A stretch of 64,000 nucleotides of DNA from assembly GCA_964016885.1 (NCBI GenBank), contig OZ024740.1, positions 225,990,001-226,054,000 of the forward strand. The letters run 5' to 3'. The position numbers and the translations under genes are program-made. The notes below the pieces were generated by a model. It made no database searches. It was given only the letters and a program-made list of their open reading frames with translations, and was not told the origin of the DNA. The first letter of the stretch is position 1, and each line of letters opens with the position of its first letter. Origin of the DNA: Eledone cirrhosa (lineage: Eukaryota). Positions 27,132-39,199 of this stretch are shown here, one piece after another.

Positions 27132-27920
27132 TCATAGTTTGTAGTTACTGGAAAGGAACGAAGCATGCATGCTCTGTTGGATGTGTAATAGTAATATACA
27201 TAAACGGCTAAACATAAATGAACTAAGTGAGAAATTAGGAATATGAGGAATCAGATGCTGTTTACTTGAGAGAAGATTACATTGGTGTAACGTCACGTGA
27301 TACGCATGAAAGACGACAGCTCTATAAAAAAATTGCAGGGCGATCAAAATTAATGGAAGTTACGGAGTAGGTAGACCCAGAAAAACCTGGAACGACTTGA
27401 TAAATTCTTACCTTGCACACCTGCACCTCTCTAAGACAATGTCTCTGGGCTGAGATCTTTGGTGCCACGCAGTAATACAGAAGACCTGCCTTCTCTATGT
27501 GCAAAGTTAACCTACAGTCAGTAGGCACCTCTTAACCAAATATACACCTCAACCTACTACCCCTACTCCATCCTTCCACTCCTGCCAACACTACCCTTCC
27601 TCTATAAAGTTATGTTGGTACCACAACATCCACTCCAAACTAATGAGGTTGTGTAGGTGTCACAACAAAAAAAAGAAGAAAAAAGGAAAAAAGAGGAGAG
27701 AGAAAAAATACAGTCCACGCTGTAATGTTGTTGTGTAGGTAACACAATAAAAAGCTCCCAGTCGACATTGATGTTAGGAAGGGCATCCAGCCATAGAAAA
27801 CGTGCCAGAGAGTCCTATACAAGCGAGACATGGTCACCCAACCAATATTGCCTCAAATGGGACAATTCCCGTCTAACCCATGCTAGCGTGGAAGATAGAC
27901 ATTAAATAATGATGATGATG
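27132..27920 (+). mobile_element. Degraded 5'-truncated copy of the RTE family at 35.5-39 kb
   Basis: LERNEACMLCWMCNSNI..INEL..MKDDS..CRAIKING..GVGRPRKTW matches the C-terminus of ORF 35840-38959; the 3'UTR has gttaggaagggcatccag and a (gat)n tail. Confidence 0.88.
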
Positions 27921-28594
27921 AATGGAGATTCAGAATAAGATTAACATTACGAAAGATGCTGACGTTACATAAATCGTTTATTCATAATAATTATTTCAAC
28001 GCTTTTCTTATACAATCCAAGATGTAATTGAGGTTTTTGTTGTTGTTATGAGAATGGTATATTCAGATGAAAACCCAATCTTGTGAAATGCCACAGGCAA
28101 AATACATGTCATTCTACCCGTGCGCCCAGCTGACATATAAGTTTCTAAAGGGTCTTTCCCAGCCGTTGTGTTTATAATTTGTGGAGTGTGGCGTTATATA
28201 TGTGTGAATTAGTGAAACTGATCTCAGGTATCTACCAAAGAACTGTGGCTGTAAATTACCAAAATAATAATGTTTCAATCGTGTGGTTGGGATCTATACC
28301 AGACATTAGTTTATGCGTAGCTAGATTTCAACAAATAATGGGAGTAATAAAAGGAATTCTCAGGGAGGACGATATAATCAGTGTGATGACAGCTATGTTC
28401 AAGACAACAGCAACAACAACAACAACACCGACCACGTTGCCTATATTGACCGCTGTAGTAACAGTGATAATAATACTGTTGCTGTTGTTGTCACTGCTGC
28501 TTGGCTTGGGTGGTAATTGTATTGGCTATCTAGTATTCATGTAGATGTTGTCACTAATAGTGTATTATTATTATTCTGGTGAATTATTATTATT

Positions 28595-29092
28595 CCCGCC
28601 GAGGTTGACTTTGCCTTTCATCCTTACGGGGTCGATAAAATAAAGTACCAGTAATGCACTGGGTAATTGCTGGCCTTGTGCCAAAAGTAGAAACAATTAT
28701 TATTCCGGTGGATTGGCAGTATCGGTAGAGAGTCGGACACCATGCTTTGCAGCATAGAGTTACGGTCCTTTATGGTCTAAGTTCAAATCCCACCGAGGTT
28801 AACTTTGCCTTTCATCCTTACGGGGTCGATAAAATAAAGTACCAGTAATGTACTGGGCAATTGCTGGCCTTGTGCCAAAACTAGAAACAATTATTATTCC
28901 AGTGGATTGGCAGGAACAGTAGACGGTTGGATGCCATGCTTTGATGCATAGAGTTATGGCCCTTGCCATTCTGAGTTCAAATCTCACCAAGGTTAACTAT
29001 GCCTTTCATCCTTACGGGGTCGATAAAATAAAGTACCAGTAATGCACTGGGTATTTGCTGGCCAAGTGCCAAAAGTAGAAACAATTATTATT
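28595..29092 (+). mobile_element. Head-to-tail trimer of SINE family A
   Basis: Copies at 28595-28704 (5'-truncated), 28705-28898 and 28899-29092, each ending in agaaacaattattatt. Confidence 0.93.
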
Positions 29093-30699
29093 CTTTGTTA
29101 CCTTCTTCCAATCACTTCTATGCACCAATACACTTCTGTTTGTCCTACTACTTGCTGGATCTTTTCTATACCCCTCTACCTGTTACCCACTTTGTGGGTT
29201 GTCTCTCTGCTGACCACTTGTCTCTGTCCTCTGAGGCATTTTTGCCCATCACTGTCTTTGATAGCATTTTGTTGTTTTAATAGCTGGTCTACCGTTGAGT
29301 TTTTTTATTTATCTATGAATTCTAATATACTCTCACTTTGTCTTGATGAGAGACAATGTTTATTCATTTAACCTTGTATATGTATGCAAGTGCATGTGTT
29401 GCTACTTGAATTTTCTCATCCCTGCTCCTCATATATAAATGTATATGTGTGAGGGGGGGGGCATGTGTGTATGTATATATGTATATGTGTCTAAACAGTT
29501 TGACTCAGAGTTGTATTACGTAGATTTTCACAGGAGTCAAAAATACACCCATGGTTGTTCAAATGCAAGTCCCTGAGTAAATAAGCCTTATTTCCATTCG
29601 ATATTGAGTAAGGCTCTTCCTTATTGACTGATTCAGCTGACATAGTGATATTAGTGGCTGGTAACTGCTGCTAACTGCTGCTCTGAGCAGAACTGCTACT
29701 CTACACACATGCTTCTGTATATTTCCTGTCAACCAAATTCCTCTTTCAAAGCATTAGTTACCCAAACACCTGTTTAAGGGCCCATACACATAATTTAAAC
29801 TAAAACCACACTGCCATAACTATGCTGAAATGTATCAAATTTGATGTCTAAAGCTATGACATATTTTTCTTGATCTTTGTCTTGATAATTATCCTAAATC
29901 TAAAAGCAGATATCTCGAAGGTTTGCTGTTGTTTGTAGGGAAACTATACTTTTTGCTTGATGTCAGATTGTTTCTGAGCAAATACACAAGGAGTTTTGTT
30001 TTTTTGTGGACTACTGTCTTATTCCATTACCTTACTAATCATTCTGAGCAAGGATATTAAACCAAGCTTCTATTTTTTTGAGGGAAACTTTCTTTTCTTT
30101 TTTGGCTATTGATATTTTTTTTTATCAATTACTTTCACAGAATAAATCTTCCTTTTGTTTGGTAAGAGCCATAAAAAAAAGATGGGAAAACAAACAACAT
30201 AATTGCTATATGTCATTGCATATGCAGTTTCATTGTCTACAATAATAGGGATGTCAAAGTAGAAAGAGAATTTGCTTTGCCACATCCTGCTGTTAAGCTT
30301 GTTGCATGTCAAGTGTTTTCTCAGTTTAGTCTTATGTATTCGTTTCATCTGACTCACTACCTAATTGAAACTGCACCTTGCTAGCATAAACATACTTCAC
30401 TTCAGGAGTGCTACACTTACCTAATTCACTGTAGAAGTTTATTTCCGTTAGAAGCCCTTCTGTATTTATCATCAAATTTTGCTTTTAAACTACACATGTC
30501 CTTATAGGAGATTTCTATAAATTAAGTGCACGCTTTATTTGGTATTTTGGCTTTAATATTATTGACAAATGATGTTTTATCACCTAGATCTTCACGTCAT
30601 CATAACACAATATTTTTTGTCTGGTCTCTTCTAGTAAATACATAGAATATAATTTTGATATAAAATACCTAGACTTACTAATGTTATTAATATTATAGA

Positions 30700-30890
30700 A
30701 GGGCGGTGGATTGGCAGTATCGGTAGAGGGTCGGACGCCATGCTTTGACGCATAGAGTTACGGCCCTTGCCATTCTGAGTTCAAATCCTGCCGAGGTTAA
30801 CTTTGCCTTTCATCCTTATGGGGTCGATAAAATAAAGTACCAGTAATGAACTGGGTAATTGCTGGCCTTGTGCCAAAAGTAGAAACAGTT
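30700..30890 (+). mobile_element. Full-length tRNA-derived SINE family A with 17-bp TSD
   Basis: A box tggcagtatcgg, B box gagttcaaatcc, core gcctttcatccttatggggtcgataaaataaagtaccag (resembles the MetaSINE-type central domain, from memory). TSD gttattaatattataga at 30683-30699 and 30888-30904. Confidence 0.92.
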
Positions 30891-32337
30891 ATTAATATTA
30901 TAGATCTTTCTATAACTATTCCTCTCTCTTGTTTTCTCACTATTTAGTTCTTTCTTTTATCAATCTAATACTACACACACTTCCCCCTCTCTCAGTATAT
31001 ATAGATGTGTGTGTGTGTGTGCACGTTTTTTTTTTTTGTATATATATATCATCATCTTATCATCTTATTTTACTTTTACTTTCCATGCTGCTATAGGTTT
31101 GATGTGTTGTCAGAGTTCAATTCAGATATTATATGGTTACAGCCCCACTAGACAAATTAGATGACCACATCTTGCTTGTAATTTTCACTTTTTGGATACC
31201 TTTTCTAACTCCAGCCCTAGTGGGGTTATTATGTCATTGATAGGACAATGGTGTTCTCTCAATACTACCTTGTCTTTCTTCATTTCCTAACCACTTTATA
31301 CAATGTACTGGGAGCATTTATCATGACACTAGCACTAGTGAGTTTGCATTGGTAGTTGCAGAATTAAGGAGTACATGCTATTCACTATTGTCTCTATTCA
31401 TTCAAGTTAAAATGATGAAGATAATGAAGAAACGAGAAGGATTCAGGGAAAATGATTGAAGGGGCCAGGTTTTGATGGGAGGTACAAAATGATTGAAGTA
31501 ACTGGAGAGCAACAGTGCTGGAGGGGTAAAAGAAGAAAGACAGTAATAGTGAGGAGTAATGGAAAGGGAGCAAGATTATGATGCATGAAATAGTATAGAG
31601 AGGGGAGTAGTGAAAGAGCAGTAGTGCTGAAGGCAGTACGGTAAGTACATGTTTCTTTGTGGAGGGGCAAGTGATGATACACACACATGTATAAATGTGT
31701 AGCTGGGAAAACACCATTAAATGATGGTGATGATCGTACATACACACACACATATATATATATATATAGCAGGGAAAGTGAATGTTAAAATGTCAATGAT
31801 GAAGATATATAATGTCACACACACCACACACACACATACACACACACACACACACACATACATACACATGCATACACACACACGCACACACACATACACA
31901 CACATACACACACACATATACATATATATATGTATATAAAGGAAAAGGAAAGAGAGAAATAGAAATACCCACACACATATTTTATACTACATACTGCAAT
32001 CATTAAAAATTATAAATCTTTTAAAATATATATAAAAAAAAAAAAATTATTATATAGAGGAAAAGGTGCATGTTCAGCTCACATGGCTCACTATATGTAG
32101 TTGATAGTTTGTTTCCTAGGGGATCTATATAGTGCTAGAGGGAAGGAATTTTAGTGAATGCATATTAACTAGAGCAGAGCTTTCCAAACGTTTTACGTTG
32201 GTGACACATTTTCTAAAATATAATTTTTGTGACACAATTAAGTTTAGTTAGCGATACCACATATAAATGCAGAATATATGTAAAAAGAAATAATTCGGTC
32301 TGATACAGGAATTTTTATGCAGAGTTGTCAGACCTAA

Positions 32338-32425
32338 AAGTTAACCTTGGCAGGAATTGAACTCAGAATGGCAAGGGCCGTAACTCTATGTGTCAAAGCA
32401 TGGCGTCTGACCCTCTACCGATAAA
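32338..32425 (-). mobile_element. SINE family A 5' half
   Basis: Reverse complement of ~30718-30803. Confidence 0.85.
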
Positions 32426-32475
32426 TGCAGCTAAGACATATCCTGGCAAAGATATATATATGTATGTATGTATGT

Positions 32476-33070
32476 TTTTTAGTCCTGAAGGATGTCCAAA
32501 GTCACTCTCCTCACCAAGAAACTGGCAACCCGACCAAGGTTTCTTGGTGAGGAGGGAGACTTAGGACATCCTACAGGACTAAAAACAAAATCTGTCAAAG
32601 GGAAAAGGAGCTCTTAAGAGTCAATGGCCATCCAAAATCACTGGGAGAGATGACCCCTTAGCCTTTGTCAAGGCAGAAATCTAGGAGAAGGAAAACTCTG
32701 ATATAACACCTGCAACCCTGATGGTATCCAATGATGTTGGCTTGTTCTTCTTTTTGGTAAATATCATCTTGGTTAAGAGAGTGGGACTGGCTTTGTGCAG
32801 TGCCTTTGCTCACTATAAAAGCTTCATGGCACAGGCATTGCTTTATATCTGGAGATCTCTCTGCACTTGTCGTCACATGGTACCATGGGACCAGCACTAT
32901 GTGTCAGTAATTGTCACAAGTGTAGCATTTGTACCAGAGTTTTCAAGTCGCTGGCTGGACTAAAAAGTCACACTCGTTCAGCGCATTGGTAGGGGTTCTC
33001 CTATATGGATATAAAGTAGTGGCCGTACTCGAAAACGAGTTGGCAGCCACCGTGTATGTATGTATGTATG
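32476..33070 (+). mobile_element. Short non-autonomous RTE-derived element (5' hairpin, RTE-like leader, C-terminal zinc finger, (gtat)n tail)
   Basis: Hairpin with ~45-bp arms at 32476-32585; ggagaaggaaaactctga motif resembling RTE 5' regions; [26 protein letters not shown] at 32912-32992; flanked by (tatg)n. Confidence 0.6.
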
Positions 33071-33190
33071 TATATATATATATATGTATATATATGTATA
33101 TTTATATATATATGTGTATGTATATATATATATATATATATATGTGTATATATATGTATGTGTATATATATATATGTATATATATGTATA

Positions 33191-33260
<70 letters not shown>

Positions 33261-34070
33261 CCTTATAAGATTAGGCATATATATTATTCTTTGATGTTTT
33301 TCTTAAGTTGTTAATTTTTTTTCAATTGAAATACTTTTTTGCTTATCTGTTTCAATAAAGTATTAATCAATAGTTTTCATAATATTTTTGACCTTATTTT
33401 TCTTCATGAAAAATGTATTGGAATTTTTTTCTTCAAAATTTTACAGCATACGTTTTACAATAATATAGTATCAATTTAAAACCCCATTCTCAATATGATT
33501 TTCTTTCGTTATATTTTAGTGTTTTTTTTTCTAATCTAAATTTCATAACGAAGATTCCGATAGCCAGTGTCAGAAAAATATTTAAAAAAAAACATTAAAT
33601 AATGATAATGACAATAAATAAATAACGATGAGGTAATAATAAAAATGTTGATAATACTAATAATGGTGATAACAATAATAATATTTATTTTTAAAATCAT
33701 AATTATTAAAAAAAAGTTTTACATATTTTTAACTGCAGATGTGTACTTCTAAGTAGCATGCAAGAAAGAATATCATCAGCTGCAATATAACCAGAGAAGA
33801 GAAAAATGAGGCTAAAAAAGCAGGTTGAGATGGAGTGAGAATGACAAACAGATAGAATGATATCTTGGAGTCTTCTCATCTATATTTGCCAGTCAACATA
33901 TTGGTTTATTTATTCTGATTGGTTCTTCGTTTCCCTTTTTCGACTTTTCGTTAAATTGTTTATTTTACTTATATTTTCATATGTATGAAGTCTTAATCCT
34001 ATTTATTCGCAGGATGTTGAATTAAGATCTTGAGATATTCATGGAAATCACTTGTTTATATATCTATCTA

Positions 34071-34123
<53 letters not shown>

Positions 34124-34403
34124 ATATGTATATATATATATATGTATATATATGTATATGTATATATATATGTGTATGTATATATATGTGTGTATATATA
34201 TATGTATATATATATATATATGTATATATGTATATATATATATGTGTGTATATATATATATGTGTGTGTATATATAAATGTATATATATACATATATATA
34301 TATATATCTATATATATGTATATATATACATATATGTATATATATATATATATATATACATATACACATATATACACACACATATATATATATATATACA
34401 TAC

Positions 34404-34934
34404 ATCATCATCATCATCATCATCAACGTTTAACGTCCGTGTTCCACGCTTGCATGGGTTTGGACGGGGGTAGTCCCAGTTGAGGCAAGAGTGATTGTCT
34501 TGCTCGCATAGGACTGTCTGGCAGGTTTTCTACGGCTGGATGCCCTTCCTAACACCAACCACATTTACAGTGTGGGTCTGAGAGGTTTTTACCGTGTTGC
34601 CTACACGGCCACATTACAGCGTGGACTGTGTGTTTTTTTGTCGTGACACCTACACGATCTCATTTGTTTCGGCCTGGATGGCGCGGCACCAACATAATTT
34701 TACATAGGACGGGGTGGTGTGGATGGGTGGGGGTGGTGGCGGGACGGGGTGTATTTTGTTAGAGATGCCTACTGGCAAGGCGGGTCTTCTCTGTTACTGA
34801 GTACCGCCAAAGGTCTCGGTCCAGTGACATTGTCTTGGAGAGGTGTAAGTGTGTGAGGTCGGAGTTTATCAGCTCGTCTCAGGTTTTTCTAGGTCTGCCT
34901 ATTCCGTGGCTACCGTCTATCTTTATTGCCCTGC

Positions 34935-34935
<1 letters not shown>
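34404..34935 (-). mobile_element. 5'-truncated RTE LINE of a related subfamily, inserted in (TA)n
   Basis: Encodes [43 protein letters not shown], homologous to the end of ORF 35840-38959; has the 3'UTR and (atg)n tail. Confidence 0.9.
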
Positions 34936-34965
<30 letters not shown>

Positions 34966-35016
34966 CATATATATACATATATATATATATATACATACAT
35001 ATATATATACATACAT

Positions 35017-35061
<45 letters not shown>

Positions 35062-35062
35062 C

Positions 35063-35122
35063 ACCGTCTAACCCATGCTAGCGTGGAAAATGGACATTAA
35101 ACGAAGATGACGATGATGATGA
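35063..35122 (+). mobile_element. Ultra-short RTE 3'-terminal insertion
   Basis: ccgtctaacccatgctagcgtggaa...(gat)n matches the last ~60 nt of the adjacent LINE, in opposite orientation. Confidence 0.85.
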
Positions 35123-35183
35123 GGATGCATACATATATACACATACATACATATACATATATATATACATACATATATATATG

Positions 35184-35214
<31 letters not shown>

Positions 35215-35223
35215 GTATGCATG

Positions 35224-35265
<42 letters not shown>

Positions 35266-35269
35266 TATC

Positions 35270-35335
<66 letters not shown>

Positions 35336-35357
35336 CATATATACATATATATACATG

Positions 35358-35408
<51 letters not shown>

Positions 35409-35457
35409 TATTTCATATATATATATATATATTTACATATATACATATATATACATG

Positions 35458-35539
<82 letters not shown>

Positions 35540-35839
35540 TCATCATCATCATCATCACCGTTTTACGTCCGTTCTTCCACGCTAGCATGGGTTAGACGGG
35601 TTGTCCTGTTGTGGGCAGTGTCTGGTCGGCTGACCATGCCTTGCTCATACAGGAACTGATCTGGCTTGATTTCTACAGCTGGATGCCCTTCCTAACACCA
35701 ACCTCATTTACAGTGAGTGCTGGGTGCTTTTTCGTGGCGCCTACACGTCCACTTTACAGTATGGGCTGGGTGCTTTTTTTGCCGTGGCACCTCCACGACC
35801 ACCTTGCGGTGGGGGGGGGGGGCATATTGTTTATATGCT

Positions 35840-38800
35840 TCAGCATGTACCCATGGGAGGTCGGGTACCCTGTATTACTGCGTGACGCCAGAAGTCACGG
35901 TCGTGTGTCATTGACTTTGAGAGGTGTAGTTGGGTAAGGTCGGCTTTTATCACCTCATCCCAAGTCATCTTGGGTCTCCCCACTCCGCGGTTTCCATCAA
36001 CTTCTAGTGCTCTGCACCTTTTTATGCAGCTGTCATCCTTCATACGCATCACATGTCCATACCAGCGTAACCGCCTCTCCTGCACGCAGCATTTGATTCC
36101 TCTTATGCTCAGTCTCTCTCTCAATTCATTTATGCTTTGTCGTTCACGTATATTACTGTTACACATCCATCGGAGCATGCAGGCTTCGTTTCTCTCTAAT
36201 CTACGTAAGTCTTCCACCTTCAGCGCCCAGGTCTCACTACCATGCAACATCGCTGTTCGGATACACGCATCATACAGTCTGCCTTTCATTCTGAGGGAGA
36301 AGCCTTTTGCAGCTAGCAGTGGTAGTAGTTCCCTAAACTTCTTCCATCCCGTTCTTACCCTAGTTATTGTACTTTCTGAGCACCCACCTCCGTTGCTAAT
36401 TCGGTCACCTAGGTAGCAGAAGCTGTCTACTGTTTCTACAGGGCCCTCCCAGAGATTGGTGGTACTTGTTTCCTGTGGCTGTTTGCTTGCTGTTTCAGCA
36501 CAGCTGCTGCATGTGAATCCTACATTCTTAATTAAGCTTCCTGAGATCCCGCTACATCTCTTGTGTACCCATTGTTTGCATTTGGGGCAAAGAATGGAGT
36601 TCCTACCTACACCTTTCCTACATACTGAGCAAGGCCATTTCCCTGAGGGGATCTGGGTTCTGTTTTCTCGTCTACTTATAAGGACCTTAGTCTTTGTCAT
36701 GTTGACTTTGAGGCCCTTTCTCTCTAGTCCCTGCTTCCAGGTTTGGAATTTATTCTCTAGTTCTACCATAGATTCAGCTATGAGTGCGAGGTCATCAGCA
36801 TACAGGAGTTCCCATGGGCATCCGGTCTTAAACTCCTCCGTTATTGCCTGCAGGACTATGATGAACAGGAGAGGGCTAAGAACAGAGCCCTGGTGGACCC
36901 CAACCTGTACGCTAAATTCCTCGCTATACTCATTGCCAATCCTAACTTTGCTGACTGCTCCCCTATACATGGCTTGTACCGCTTTCACAAGCCATTCATC
37001 TACTCCTAGTTTTCTAAGAGCCCACCAGATTACTGCACGTGGAACTCTGTCAAAGGCTTTCTCAAGGTCGACAAATGCCAAGTAGAGTGGCTTACTTTTA
37101 GCTAGGTACTTTTCCTGTAATTGCCTCACAAGGAAGAGCGCATCAGTGGTGCCTTTCCCTGGAACAAACCCAAATTGCATCTCGTCTATATTCACCCGGT
37201 CCCTAATCAGCTGTGCTATAACTCTTTCTGTTACTTTCATGACCTGGTCCATCAACTTTATACCTCTATAGTTTCCTCTATCTAGTGCATCGCCTTTACC
37301 TTTGTAGCAGTTGACAATGATGCTACTGCACCAATCTTTTGGTATGGCCCCCTCTAGTATTACCTGGTTAACGATACGTGTGGTTATAGTGTGACCTACA
37401 GACCCAGATGCCTTCAGCATCTCGGCAGCTATACCCGATGGACCGGTTGCCTTCCCTATCTTCATATCTCTGATTGCCTTACTTACTACGCTGCCGCTGA
37501 CTTGTACTGCTGGTCCCTCTATAGGGTCTACGTGGGGTAGGGTCTCTTCTTCCCATGCATTCTCCTCATTTAGTAATCTATCATAATGACTCTTCCATGC
37601 ATCTTTCTTCTCAGCACTTGTGAGGGCAAGCTCACCTTTATCATTCCGGATACACTTCTCTCCAATGACATCACAACTATCTCTGACACACTGCCTCGCA
37701 ATCTTGAATACCTCCTGTTTCTGGTCCTCACGTTGTAAAACATGCTTGAATTTTCTATCCTCTGCTTCCCTCCTAGCTAAGTATACTTGTCGCCTAGCTT
37801 CCCTCTTGGTCTCTATGTAATGTACCCTGCTCCCCCCGTTCTTCCATTCTTTCCATGCCTGTCTCTTGGCCTTGACTGCTTCATCTACCTTATTGTTCCA
37901 CCACCAAGTCACTCTCCTCCTGCTTGAGGTCTTACTCCAGCCACAAACCTCATCCGTCGCCTCTAGTAAGTTATTTTTTAGGAACTCCCAGTTCTCTTCT
38001 ACGTTAAATGTCTCTATCTGTTCTTCTTTACTGTCGTAGGCGTTGAGTAAAATATCTTTAAATCTGTTACTGGTTGAGGGGACTTTCAGCTTCCAGATCT
38101 TTCTTCTCCAGGTTGGCCTCTGTTTCAGGGCTCGTCTAGTTCTGACCGTGAGGTCGCTGACAACTAAGCTATGTTGGGATGTACATTCCTCACTAGGGAA
38201 GGCTTTTGTGTTTACGACCGTCCATCTGTCACGTCCTCTGATGAGAATAAAATCTAACTGACTAGAGTGCTCCCCTGATCTATAGGTGATCAGGTGGTTG
38301 TCGGGTTTTTTAAAGTTTGTGTTACATATCGACATGTCATTGGCGTCGCAGAATTCTAGAAGTCTGAATCCTTCCTCATTCCTTGTGCCAACTCCATGGC
38401 CTCCATGTACTCTATTGAAGCCGTCGCAGTGTTTACCTACGTGTCCGTTAAAATCTCCTGCAATGATTAGGAAGTCCTTGTCGTCTGTTAGAGCAGTAGT
38501 GTGTATTAGGGACTCGTAAAACCTATCCTTAAGTTCGTCTGGCAGCCCCGATTGGGGTGCGTAAGCTGATATTATTGTGGTAATTGTCTTATTCAGGACT
38601 AGTCTGAGTTTAATGATTCTTGCATTTACCCTGTACACTGAGATTACTTTATCTACCCACTTGTCAGCTAATAGTATACCTACACCACCCATCCCATCGT
38701 CATTTCCCACCCAGAAAAATTTGTAGCACTGGCTTTTTCCTACAAGGACTCTAGCAGACCCTCCTCTCCATCTAGTCTCTTGCACACAGCATACATCAAC

Positions 38801-38959
38801 TTCCTTTCGCTCTAGCATTTCTACGATTTCTCCTGCTCTTCCTTTCATTGAGCCTACATTGATGGTACCAACTCGGAGTTTTGGGCATTTGTCGACACTC
38901 GTAGGGGAGGGTCTCTGGGTTGGCGCTTCACGTGGGTGCTTGGTAGCTCGCAGATTCAT
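35840..38959 (-). CDS. RTE LINE polyprotein: APE endonuclease, reverse transcriptase and PHD-like zinc finger
   Basis: APE motifs GTINVGS, CVQETRW, SAYAPQ, GDFNGHVG, QLDFIL, SQH; RT motifs NYRGIKL, QFGF, FVDLEKAFDRV, QGSVLSPLLF, YADD, FCYLG; C4HC3 finger at 36500-36637; no stops in 1039 aa. Confidence 0.97.
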   Translation of the reverse strand: MNLRATKHPREAPTQRPSPTSVDKCPKLRVGTINVGSMKGRAGEIVEMLERKEVDVCCVQETRWRGGSARVLVGKSQCYKFFWVGNDDGMGGVGILLADKWVDKVISVYRVNARIIKLRLVLNKTITTIISAYAPQSGLPDELKDRFYESLIHTTALTDDKDFLIIAGDFNGHVGKHCDGFNRVHGGHGVGTRNEEGFRLLEFCDANDMSICNTNFKKPDNHLITYRSGEHSSQLDFILIRGRDRWTVVNTKAFPSEECTSQHSLVVSDLTVRTRRALKQRPTWRRKIWKLKVPSTSNRFKDILLNAYDSKEEQIETFNVEENWEFLKNNLLEATDEVCGWSKTSSRRRVTWWWNNKVDEAVKAKRQAWKEWKNGGSRVHYIETKREARRQVYLARREAEDRKFKHVLQREDQKQEVFKIARQCVRDSCDVIGEKCIRNDKGELALTSAEKKDAWKSHYDRLLNEENAWEEETLPHVDPIEGPAVQVSGSVVSKAIRDMKIGKATGPSGIAAEMLKASGSVGHTITTRIVNQVILEGAIPKDWCSSIIVNCYKGKGDALDRGNYRGIKLMDQVMKVTERVIAQLIRDRVNIDEMQFGFVPGKGTTDALFLVRQLQEKYLAKSKPLYLAFVDLEKAFDRVPRAVIWWALRKLGVDEWLVKAVQAMYRGAVSKVRIGNEYSEEFSVQVGVHQGSVLSPLLFIIVLQAITEEFKTGCPWELLYADDLALIAESMVELENKFQTWKQGLERKGLKVNMTKTKVLISRRENRTQIPSGKWPCSVCRKGVGRNSILCPKCKQWVHKRCSGISGSLIKNVGFTCSSCAETASKQPQETSTTNLWEGPVETVDSFCYLGDRISNGGGCSESTITRVRTGWKKFRELLPLLAAKGFSLRMKGRLYDACIRTAMLHGSETWALKVEDLRRLERNEACMLRWMCNSNIRERQSINELRERLSIRGIKCCVQERRLRWYGHVMRMKDDSCIKRCRALEVDGNRGVGRPKMTWDEVIKADLTQLHLSKSMTHDRDFWRHAVIQGTRPPMGTC

Positions 38960-39199
38960 ATTTCATCTATTGATTCAGAGTTGCTCGTGTATTCCCAGCT
39001 CATCCATCCATAACGGTGGGAAAATTGAGGGCTAGAAGGACAGTGGTGGTGGGGTAATGGCAGGGTGTGTTGGGATGCGCCAGAGGAGGAGAGAGTTAGT
39101 TAGGCAGGTAGTAGCAGCAGCAGCAGTGGAAATGGCATGCTAGGTTTGATTGGTCGAATAGACTATGGTGGTGTGTGGGGGTGGGGGGGAGGGAAATTG

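Noticed and set aside
35970-38519. Plus-strand ORFs of 66-209 aa
   Set aside because: Antisense shadows of the LINE ORF, with no recognisable motifs.
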